Assembly: GCA_964533825.1 (NCBI GenBank)
Contig: CAZHMU010000003.1
Location: 90,964 to 154,963 of the forward strand
DNA length: 64,000 bases
From: an uncultured Oscillospiraceae bacterium
Lineage (GTDB): Bacteria; Bacillota; Clostridia; Christensenellales; CAG-314
Direction of reading: 5' to 3'
The notes under the pieces are model-generated. The model was not told where the DNA came from. It worked only from the letters and a program-made list of their open reading frames with translations, and did not search any database. Positions 36,476 to 44,337 of the stretch are shown here, piece by piece (position 1 is the stretch's first letter; each line of letters starts with the position of its first letter). The position numbers were made by a program, and so were the translations under genes.

Positions 36476-37639
36476 TTACTCTTCGGTAATGCCAGTGATC
36501 ATTGCTTGGCCGATTGGGCGGTCGCAGATGAGATCGACGTACTTGACAAGTGTTGCAGAGTACACTGGTTTGCCGTTGACTTGTTTCAAAACTCGACCGT
36601 CGTCACCTTCCAACCAGCGCCAATCGCAAAGTTGATGAAGGTGGAAGTCTTTGGTGTTCAAGATGTACATTGTGCCTTCTGGACAGAAACGGTCAGCAAC
36701 AATGGGGATGCCATTGTAGCTCATAGCCTTGTAACCACCTTCCAATTCCATTACATCGTTGTTGTACTTGATACCAGAAAGGTAGTTTTGGTAAGCACGT
36801 TTTACACCTGCAGAGCACACAATGAAGTCGGCAGTAGAGCCGGAAACCTCTTCCATAGCATCGATTGCCTTTTGGATTACTGTGTCGCTGATGTACTCCG
36901 CTTCGAACTTTTGAGGTTTGAGCCACTTGTGTTCGGAACGAGAAAGTCCGTACAATGTTGCGCTGTCGCCAAAGATTGCGCCAAGACCAGTGATTTCCTT
37001 TTGGTAGCTACCTTGAACTGTCACGTAGTCGCCAGAAGCGATTGTGTTAGATGCGATTGTGCCACCGGAAACTTTGATTGTTTTGTTTTCGCGGTCAACG
37101 TCGATGATGCGACGACCGCTCAATGCGTAGCCTGTGGATGGGCTAACAAAGTCCACCACCATACCTTCCATCACGTTGCGAACTGTGTCGATTGTAATGA
37201 CGTTGCCAGTTTGGGAAACAACCTTGGCAATCACGCCTGTGCCGTCGCCAAAAAGCATACGGCCAAAGTTAAATTTGGATGCCTTTACCAGACCTTCCAT
37301 TTCCGCTTCCAAAAGGTTTACAAACGCGCCTGCGTTGTTTTCACTTGCGCGGATGGCCTTGTCGGAAATTTCGATTGTGCCGTACAAGTTTTTGAGAGTG
37401 AGCACAAATTGTGCATAGTTGTTGGATGCAGAATCTGGCAAAGTGCCATCTTCGTCACCTGCGCCGATACCACCATTGATACCAAATGGCGCAAGCTTGC
37501 GAATTTCCTTGCCCCAAACGTTAGAGGATGTTTTTTCAAAACGAGCCAAAAGTGGGTTTACGGCTGTGTTGAGTTGGTCGGCTACAACGCCGAGATAGAG
37601 TGTTTTGAGTGCGTTTTCTGCACTGCTAAGTGTGATCAT
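36476..37639 (-). CDS. Phage major capsid protein (HK97-fold type)
   Basis: 387 aa, directly after a scaffold-like gene. Start at 37639 with AAGGAGA SD. Sequence pattern ...LKNLYGTIEISDKAIRAS...GAFVNLL..E...L...FGDGTG is typical of scaffold-dependent coat proteins. Confidence 0.8.
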   Translation of the reverse strand: MITLSSAENALKTLYLGVVADQLNTAVNPLLARFEKTSSNVWGKEIRKLAPFGINGGIGAGDEDGTLPDSASNNYAQFVLTLKNLYGTIEISDKAIRASENNAGAFVNLLEAEMEGLVKASKFNFGRMLFGDGTGVIAKVVSQTGNVITIDTVRNVMEGMVVDFVSPSTGYALSGRRIIDVDRENKTIKVSGGTIASNTIASGDYVTVQGSYQKEITGLGAIFGDSATLYGLSRSEHKWLKPQKFEAEYISDTVIQKAIDAMEEVSGSTADFIVCSAGVKRAYQNYLSGIKYNNDVMELEGGYKAMSYNGIPIVADRFCPEGTMYILNTKDFHLHQLCDWRWLEGDDGRVLKQVNGKPVYSATLVKYVDLICDRPIGQAMITGITEE

Positions 37640-37705
37640 TTGATTCTCCTTGTTTAGTAGATTTTTGAGTTGATACAAAAAGTATCAGGTTTGACAACCT
37701 GTTGT

Positions 37706-38125
37706 TTACACATTGTCAAAAAGTTTTTGTGCCATCAGTGTTGCCTCTTTGATGGTCCTTGGTTTGGATGGCAATGCCAAGGACATAGACCCACCACCTG
37801 TCATCACTGTGGGTGCGGTAGGGGTTGGAGCGTATTGTTGCAGTAACTTGAGAGCAAAACTTGGGTTTTGTTCAAGAAATTGTTGCAACTGCTCGTCAGT
37901 TGGAGTTGTATCGGTGCTCAAAGGTTGGTCTTTGGGGATTGTTGCATCGACTTCGTCCGTTTGTGTGGGTGGCACGGTTTCTACCTGTTGCTCGGTGGAA
38001 GCTGTGCTTGTACCCTGTTGTTTTTGCAGAAGGGACAGTTGTTGGCACTTTTGAGTGAAGCTTTTTTCCAGTTCAGTGTAGCCTTTCAACAGTTCTTCGG
38101 CAGAGTTAAATTTTCCGTAGTCCAT
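37706..38125 (-). CDS. Phage scaffolding protein
   Basis: 139 aa. N-terminus KFNSAEELLKGYTELEKSFTQKCQ, a Gln/Thr/Pro-rich middle region, and a position between portal and capsid. Confidence 0.65.
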   Translation of the reverse strand: MDYGKFNSAEELLKGYTELEKSFTQKCQQLSLLQKQQGTSTASTEQQVETVPPTQTDEVDATIPKDQPLSTDTTPTDEQLQQFLEQNPSFALKLLQQYAPTPTAPTVMTGGGSMSLALPSKPRTIKEATLMAQKLFDNV

Positions 38126-39961
38126 TTACATTTCTCCTTGTGCGTTATTTTGCATTTGTTTGTGTTGCTCAATGTGTGCAAGCACTTTGTCGATGGTTGC
38201 TTTGTCCACAATGCCAAAGTTGGAAATAACAAAGCGTGTGTGCTCTTCCACGTGCAGTGCGTGGTCGTCCACCGGCAAAATTTGCGCTTGGTCAATGGCA
38301 ACGTTTTCGTTTTGCGCGCGGTCGATGTGCAATTGGGTGATGTCTTGGGAGTTTTCCCAGTTGCCAAAGCCCATCATAGACAAGATTTTTGCTTTGCTAC
38401 TTTCGGTGAGTTTACCTTGCTTGTCGTACAGGATGCCGGCGTTAAGCAAGTCGAAAAGCATTGTTCGGCGTGTTGCAGGGGTATCGGTAAGCTGATTTTC
38501 CGTTTCGAAAACAACGTCGTCGGAGCCGATATCGCTCCCCTTGAAGTAGAACACTTCTGCGCCCTTTTGGTTGTCCACAAAGCGCATCAGCTTGGAGTTG
38601 GTCACAAACTGCTTGTACAAGCGCAAAATGTACTTGCTTAGTTTTTTGATGCACAGTTTGACACTGTCGATGGAGCTTGCAAGGCGAGTGTCGTCCTGCT
38701 CGGCAATCAGTTGCAACGCTACGCCACTTGTGACGGTGGTTGGGGTTGTGCTGTTGCGAGCAAATTCGCTCACGCCAGAAACTGTAACAAACTCTTGCAA
38801 AAGTCTGTCTTCCTCTTGGTTGAAGTCGTGTGGCACGTCGCCCGCATCCATCAGTGATGGCTTTACTGCCCCTTGGCGATACACCAAGATTTTGCCTGGA
38901 GAAAGACCTTCTTCTTCCAAATTGTCGATGTCTACACTGCCGTCTTCCACAGTCATAACCCCCATTGCAAGGCGGTTAAGAAACTCGTGTTTGCGGTTTT
39001 TGACTGCGTTGTAGGCGCGTTGGATGGGGATGATGCGTTCCACAATGCTTGCACCCCAAAAACATCCTGGTTGCTCGGTGGAAGTTTGTTTGACAAACGG
39101 GAATGTGCGTTCCCCTTCTTCGCCAAGCACAAATGGCATTTTGCCATAGTACAGCAAGGTATTGCCAGCGACAATTTCCAACTTGCCGTTGGGGTGGTCC
39201 ATTGTAGGCTTGGTGTAGCGTTCAATTACCAACACTTGATTGGTTTTGGCTTCCTGCGTGATGCTTGGCACAGTGGAGTTGTAACCAAGTCCGCCAACAC
39301 CTGCAACGGCATTGATGTTGAACACCTTGATATCTTCCCCCTTTACATCCACACCCCAGGTATTTTTGACATCGTTTGCGTCGTACACCTTTGCGTGGAT
39401 GATGGATGAGCACTGCTCGATTGTTTGCGTTACGTTGGAGTCGGGGTAGATTTCAAATGGCGAACAAGCAATGATTGTTACGTCGCCCTTGGCATTGTCC
39501 CAAGCGATTTTGTAAAAAGCCGTTCCGCACACTTCACTCCACGATGTAACTTCAGTAATAATTTCGTCCAAGCGAGTCTTGTCGTGAACGGCATCGAGAA
39601 TTTTTGTGGAAAGCTTGGCTGATGCAATGTCCTTATCGGAGTTGGAAAAGGGGCGCGCAATGGGTTTTGGACGCACGCGATTGAGCCTTGCCAAGCGAGT
39701 TTCCACAATGGGAGCAATGTGGTTGTACACCTGTTTTTCCTGCCAGAAGTAGTATTTTTCTTCCTGCTCGATGGCGCCACGTGGTGTGATTGCGCAGTAT
39801 TGGTTACCCATCACAAAGTTCATATTCAGTTGCCACGCCAATTCGTACGGACGGCGAAAACTTTGGCGGTTTGCAAAGTCCTGTTTGACATCGGCAACAA
39901 CGTCCTCTACAAAACGTTGCTGTTGTAGTTGACGCTCCTTGGCGGTAAGTTTTTTAGTCAT
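38126..39961 (-). CDS. Phage portal protein
   Basis: About 611 aa. Start at 39961 with AGGAGG SD. ...YELAWQLNMNFVMGNQY... motif and a position after the terminase. Confidence 0.8.
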   Translation of the reverse strand: MTKKLTAKERQLQQQRFVEDVVADVKQDFANRQSFRRPYELAWQLNMNFVMGNQYCAITPRGAIEQEEKYYFWQEKQVYNHIAPIVETRLARLNRVRPKPIARPFSNSDKDIASAKLSTKILDAVHDKTRLDEIITEVTSWSEVCGTAFYKIAWDNAKGDVTIIACSPFEIYPDSNVTQTIEQCSSIIHAKVYDANDVKNTWGVDVKGEDIKVFNINAVAGVGGLGYNSTVPSITQEAKTNQVLVIERYTKPTMDHPNGKLEIVAGNTLLYYGKMPFVLGEEGERTFPFVKQTSTEQPGCFWGASIVERIIPIQRAYNAVKNRKHEFLNRLAMGVMTVEDGSVDIDNLEEEGLSPGKILVYRQGAVKPSLMDAGDVPHDFNQEEDRLLQEFVTVSGVSEFARNSTTPTTVTSGVALQLIAEQDDTRLASSIDSVKLCIKKLSKYILRLYKQFVTNSKLMRFVDNQKGAEVFYFKGSDIGSDDVVFETENQLTDTPATRRTMLFDLLNAGILYDKQGKLTESSKAKILSMMGFGNWENSQDITQLHIDRAQNENVAIDQAQILPVDDHALHVEEHTRFVISNFGIVDKATIDKVLAHIEQHKQMQNNAQGEM

Positions 39962-40175
39962 AGAGTTCCTCCTGTCTTTGGTCAAGTTTGCGTTTGATGG
40001 TGTTTTGGGGGCTTTTTGGCGTACGGCGGGAAATTGCCTCTGTTGCTAAACGCTCAAAACACTCGTCGCAAAGATAAATTTTTTGTTTGGTCAAAAGGTA
40101 GCTGGTGGCACTGTTGTTGCAACCTTTGCAACTACATTTTGCTGGAGTTGTTGATTTTTGTAGTAGTTTTGTCAT
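39954..40175 (-). CDS. Small Cys-rich (zinc-finger-like) phage-cluster protein
   Basis: 73 aa with CSCKGC...CDEC. Overlaps both neighbours. Confidence 0.45.
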   Translation of the reverse strand: MTKLLQKSTTPAKCSCKGCNNSATSYLLTKQKIYLCDECFERLATEAISRRTPKSPQNTIKRKLDQRQEELYD

Positions 40176-40480
40176 TGTTGATCCTCTTGTTGAGTGTCCA
40201 TAGGTGTGGTTTTGTCGCAGATGTCAAGTAGTTTCAAAAGGCGCAGCTTTTCCACCGCAAGTTGCTCGTCCGTCATTTTGCATACGTCCATTTCATCCTC
40301 GGAAAGTTGCAGTAGCGCTTTGATTGCGTTGACATCTGGGGGCACTTTTTTGGTGGTAATTTTGCGTTTGGAAAGTTGTACTTGTCCATTTATTGCGACG
40401 AACTCTTCCGTCTTTTCGTGGACGGTGTAGCCTTTGGCCTTTTTTAGTAAAATTTTGGTTAGAAGTTGTTTGTAGTTCAT
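40172..40480 (-). CDS. Small phage-cluster protein, possibly terminase-small-subunit-like
   Basis: 102 aa from the ATG at 40480. ...KKVPPDVNAIKALLQL... resembles the conserved PD..A motif of some TerS proteins. It lies downstream rather than upstream of terL, so the call is weak. Confidence 0.4.
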   Translation of the reverse strand: MNYKQLLTKILLKKAKGYTVHEKTEEFVAINGQVQLSKRKITTKKVPPDVNAIKALLQLSEDEMDVCKMTDEQLAVEKLRLLKLLDICDKTTPMDTQQEDQQ

Positions 40481-40485
40481 GGATG

Positions 40486-41898
40486 TTAAATCCTTTTTAG
40501 GTGGCGGATTAGACGTTCTTTGTCGGTGGCAATGATGCTTTTGGGCGTGTTTGGCTTTGGTGTTTCGTTGATGTAGCAAGCGTAGTAACGCAGTTCGTCC
40601 ATGGCGTGGTCGTCACGCTTGATGGGTTTGTCGTCATTACCCCAAAAGTAGCCTTTGATTTCCCTAATCATATTGACACAGGTGGAAAAAATGTACAGTT
40701 TGGGTGGGCCGTTTGCTGGTTTGAGCAACCCTTTGACCTTGTTGATGCCTGTGTACAAATCCTTGTTAACACGAGTGTTGATGGTGATGCCGTTATCGCT
40801 AAATAGTTCTGCAACCGACCTTTGCCCAGACAGGGTACGTTGGTTACCCGCGCTGTCCATAAGGGCGGAAATGTTGCCGAACTTGTCCTTTTTCCAGTTG
40901 AGCTTTTGGCAGATTTCCTTTATCTTTTCCGCGTGGTAGGCTACGTCCTTTTGCGCTTGGTACCACTCTGCAATGACGTACACGTTGCCGTCAAAGTCAC
41001 GGGCGTACCAGTGGCAAGAAAGGGGGTTGTTGAGTCCTGGGTCGATGGACAAAGTGTCCTGCCAGTCAAGGGGTACGTCAAATGGGGCAATGACGTTGGC
41101 ATCGCTAAACTCGGGGTATACCATACCGCCCCAACTTTGAAACTGACCATACCTGCGCGATTGCAGTTGATCGGCAGACAACGTTTGGGTCATTTCGTCA
41201 ATTTCCCTTGTGGAGAGATAGGGGTTGTCCGCCCACTCCATAAATTCGCACCATACTTGGTCGCTGTTGTGGCAGTTTTTGTAAATTTCTTCGTACACCC
41301 AGGTTAAACCTTTCAAAGGGGTCATTGTGCCAAAGATGTGCCCGCACCTGTCCAAAACACGCATACGGCACTCGTCATAGATATCCTTTGGGGGTTCTTC
41401 GTCAAACCATACAAAGTCAAGGCTTGTGCCTTGGAACTTTTCGCGACCGGCTTCGCAACTTTTGAAGGCAATTTTGCTTGTGCCACCAAAAACGTTTGCC
41501 ACTACAATGTAGTCGATGATGCCGTAGTCCATACTTTGTTTGGAACCACTTGTCATCACCGTTTGCACTATCCAATTTTTGTCCAGGTAATGCAGTATTT
41601 TTTGTTGAGCAACGTCACGTTGTACCTGTTGGGAAAGGGAAACAACCCAGCAGGACACGTCGTCCTTGTTTTGCCGAAAGGGATGGATGCCACGCGCCAG
41701 CCAGACTGTTTCCACCGCACCACACTCCGTTTTGCCACTGCGGTTGCCACCAAACACCCATCGGTTGCGTTTTAGGCAACGATGAAATGCCATTTGCTTT
41801 TGATGCACCTTGCCCTTGTTGTAGCGCGCCAAAGGGGAATTCTTGCGTCGCTTTTGCTCGCGCTGGATGTCGTTTAGTCGTTGAATTATTTGTTGCAT
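40486..41898 (-). CDS. Phage terminase large subunit
   Basis: Walker A FGGNRSGKTE, Walker B LDFVWFDEEP, and C-terminal nuclease-region DHAMDELRY. Start trimmed to the ATG at 41898. Confidence 0.85.
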   Translation of the reverse strand: MQQIIQRLNDIQREQKRRKNSPLARYNKGKVHQKQMAFHRCLKRNRWVFGGNRSGKTECGAVETVWLARGIHPFRQNKDDVSCWVVSLSQQVQRDVAQQKILHYLDKNWIVQTVMTSGSKQSMDYGIIDYIVVANVFGGTSKIAFKSCEAGREKFQGTSLDFVWFDEEPPKDIYDECRMRVLDRCGHIFGTMTPLKGLTWVYEEIYKNCHNSDQVWCEFMEWADNPYLSTREIDEMTQTLSADQLQSRRYGQFQSWGGMVYPEFSDANVIAPFDVPLDWQDTLSIDPGLNNPLSCHWYARDFDGNVYVIAEWYQAQKDVAYHAEKIKEICQKLNWKKDKFGNISALMDSAGNQRTLSGQRSVAELFSDNGITINTRVNKDLYTGINKVKGLLKPANGPPKLYIFSTCVNMIREIKGYFWGNDDKPIKRDDHAMDELRYYACYINETPKPNTPKSIIATDKERLIRHLKRI

Positions 41899-42015
41899 TT
41901 GTTTTCCTTGTGGATTTGAGTTTTGTTGAGTTGCAATAGTTGTGCTGATGTGACACAACTCGGCAAAAAAGTTGTGTACAAGTTGGTTATACTTTTTGCA
42001 ATGTCCTTTCCCGAG

Positions 42016-42052
42016 CCGTTGATTGAAACAATACTGTACTGTCAATCAACGG
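42016..42052. promoter_or_regulatory. Perfect 11-bp inverted repeat in the terL / SH3b divergent spacer
   Basis: CCGTTGATTGA-(15 nt)-TCAATCAACGG. Confidence 0.4.
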
Positions 42053-42083
42053 ACTGTTTTGGGAAAGGTTAGGAGAAAAAATT

Positions 42084-42806
42084 ATGCGAAAAGTGATGTT
42101 AGCCATTGTATTGTTGTGTTGTTGCCTTTGCCCAAAAGTTGCCTTTGCCGAAGAAGTAAAATGGGCACGTGTTGTGAGAGATGATACCTTTTTGTACGCC
42201 ACCGAAGATTGTTCAAAACAAATGTTTGAGTTGGAAAAGTCTTACTATGTGGAAATACTGGAGGAGCTTGCAAAAACCTACTTTGTCAAAGTTGACTGCC
42301 AAAGCAAGCAGTTTCCTGCATTATGTGGGTACGTTTTGAAAAACGAAGTGCAAACGTCCAGCGAATCGCCAGACAATCCGTTGTATCCTACGGAAAAGGT
42401 GATAGTAAACGGAAACTCCGCCATATTGCGCCTCTCGCCAACGCCATCTGCAGAAGTGGTTATTGTTGCTTCAAACACACAATCGTTGTGTTACTACGGC
42501 GAGATGGTAGGTTACGGCAAAAATTGGTACTACGTGTACTTTGCAGGAGAATTCGGGTACGTTTTGGCGGAAGACGTAACAGCAGTAAACGTGTCGTTGC
42601 ATCCAACACCCATTGAGGTACCACAAGATACCCCTGTGGTAGCACCACCAAGTGATGTCGTTGTGGATACCACACCAGAGCCAACAATTTCGCCAACGGC
42701 GGAAATAATCTTGACTGTGTTTGTAGCGTTGTTAGCAGTGGCAATAACATTTTCGCTGTTTTTGCCTGTCAAAAGCAAAAAGCAGGTTTTTGATGGAGAC
42801 ATATAG
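42084..42806 (+). CDS. Secreted protein with two SH3b-like domains and a C-terminal TM anchor
   Basis: Signal peptide. ...GYVLKNEV and ...NWYYVYFAGEFGYVLAEDV are SH3_3-like. A Pro/Thr linker precedes a terminal hydrophobic helix. Confidence 0.65.
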   Translation: MRKVMLAIVLLCCCLCPKVAFAEEVKWARVVRDDTFLYATEDCSKQMFELEKSYYVEILEELAKTYFVKVDCQSKQFPALCGYVLKNEVQTSSESPDNPLYPTEKVIVNGNSAILRLSPTPSAEVVIVASNTQSLCYYGEMVGYGKNWYYVYFAGEFGYVLAEDVTAVNVSLHPTPIEVPQDTPVVAPPSDVVVDTTPEPTISPTAEIILTVFVALLAVAITFSLFLPVKSKKQVFDGDI

Positions 42807-42874
42807 GGTTAGGAATGGGAAAGAGTGAATAGAGAGTAGGTGTGGACATATTTTAAGACACTTACCAAGGGCCT

Positions 42875-42902
42875 GTGTGAACTAACGCAGTTCGCTCATA
42901 TG
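42875..42902 (-). repeat. REP-like hairpin
   Basis: Minus strand reads AUAUGAGCGAAC-UGC-GUUAGUUC (7 of 8 paired). Confidence 0.5.
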
Positions 42903-43127
42903 ATTGTAAAGGTGATAAGGAAGAGTGAATAGGTGTGGATGCATTTTAGATGACCTTGCTAATATGCACAATTACTGCAGGTTAGTGTTGTTTTTTTGCA
43001 GACGTGTTAAATTTCCTTTTCTATTATCTATTCTCTTTTGTTTCTCGGCTTCACCCTTGTATGGCACTGTTGTAGGAAATACTCTTTACGCAATGAAGGT
43101 TGCTTTCCAAGATTTAGCCAAGGACTG

Positions 43128-43158
43128 TATGCGGTCGTCCAATGACCGCCCCTACACC
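43128..43158 (-). repeat. REP-like hairpin
   Basis: Minus strand reads GUAGGGGCGGUC-AUUGGAC-GACCGC (6 bp). Confidence 0.5.
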
Positions 43159-43370
43159 CGCTCCGTCACGCTACGCGCGCCACCTCTCCCAGAGTGAGAG
43201 GCTGTTTACCTTAAAAAGCAGTCAAAACTCAATACATACCCACAAAAATGCAAATTTAGGGGGTTAGTTGCACCACTTAAGTCCAGAGCAATCCAACGCG
43301 GACATCTCAAATTGTTTCCGTCACAATACGGTTGATTTGCGCAACATTTATAGCAACAATATGCGCTATG

Positions 43371-43838
43371 TTAAAAGGATATCGGCCGACCTTTGCCACT
43401 ACTTTTGAGTTGCTCGCCCACCCAATGTACCGACTGGTAGTTGTTTGCAAGCCACTTTTCGTCCATACCAAGATGCTCAAGTTTACTTCTAAACATCTTG
43501 CGCGCTTTACTTAGGTAGCGGTACAATGTTGAAAGGGAAATTCCGTACTTTTGGCAAATGGTAAGCTTGTCGGTGTTGTGCAAATACACTTCACAAATGA
43601 GCGCTCGGTAACCCTTTGGCGTGAGTTGCAAAGCGTGCGCTACGCCGTTGTAAAAACGCAGGCAGCTGTCGCGTTTCTCGGTGTAGTTGCAGATTGCCTC
43701 CACCTGCCCCATTGTGCCATCTCGCCAGTTGGCTGTAGAATAGGACTTGAGCGCCAACGTTTTGATTGTTTTGTTGAATTCTTGAGCGGATTGTTTCATA
43801 CGCAATGCACCGCGTAGCATCACTAATTCGTGATTCAT
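43371..43838 (-). CDS. Sigma-70 region-4-like / ArpU-RinA-like phage late transcriptional regulator
   Basis: 155 aa from the ATG at 43838 with GGAGGTG SD. C-terminal HTH ...ICQKYGISLSTLYRYLSKARKMF. Size and position are typical of late activators upstream of packaging genes. Confidence 0.5.
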   Translation of the reverse strand: MNHELVMLRGALRMKQSAQEFNKTIKTLALKSYSTANWRDGTMGQVEAICNYTEKRDSCLRFYNGVAHALQLTPKGYRALICEVYLHNTDKLTICQKYGISLSTLYRYLSKARKMFRSKLEHLGMDEKWLANNYQSVHWVGEQLKSSGKGRPISF

Positions 43839-44229
43839 TTTGTTCACCTCCGTTGCCCTGTTTTGGGGCATTTCTTTTTGCGGTACTGTCACAAGTTGTG
43901 ATTGTATTGCCATTTCTTGCACCAGTATTTTTTGATTTTTTCGCTTTATTTTCGAACATTTGTTCTAAACGACTGCATTTTACCATAGCAAAACTGACAA
44001 CTATCTGTCAGTGTTTTGGTTATTTCACACAAAATTTTGGTGTTATCCTTAAAAAATATAGCAACAATTTTCTCGTGCAGTTTGGGGGGCGTTTTTAACA
44101 GTTAAATGCGGTTTTAGTGCATGTATCGCAACGTTTCAAAAAGTCAAGAGGGCAAAAAGGTTAGACGTTTGTAAAAAGTTCACAAGGATTGTGGCTATAA
44201 ATATAAATAGAAAATTGTTCTCTAAAGTG

Positions 44230-44258
44230 TTGAAAAATGTTATTTTTTTTGGTATAAT
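44230..44258 (+). promoter_or_regulatory. Near-consensus extended -10 promoter with a T8 tract in the spacer
   Basis: TTGAAA, a 17-nt spacer containing tttttttt (44243-44250), then TGgTATAAT. Confidence 0.6.
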
Positions 44259-44337
44259 GTTTGTAATTATATACTTTTGACAACTAACACATCTACTTGC
44301 GGAAGCTTGACCGCACAAAAGTGATTGAGGAATACTT

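Larger units (their letters stand above)
33461..41898 (-). mobile_element. Phage-derived packaging and head-morphogenesis gene cluster (no integrase, replication, tail or lysis genes recognised)
   Basis: Ten co-directional ORFs, several with overlapping stop/start codons, ordered terL, two small ORFs, portal, scaffold, major capsid, then four unknowns. Confidence 0.7.

Noticed and set aside
36506-37657. Long plus-strand ORFs antisense to strong minus-strand genes. Examples are 36506..37657 (383 aa), 37868..38641, 19994..20728, 33410..34261, 5994..6659, 30367..31008, 34594..35364 and 104..879.
   Set aside because: Each lies opposite a gene with clear family motifs or phage-module context. They lack SD sequences, and their translations are Val/Cys/His/Phe-rich low-complexity strings typical of antisense frames.
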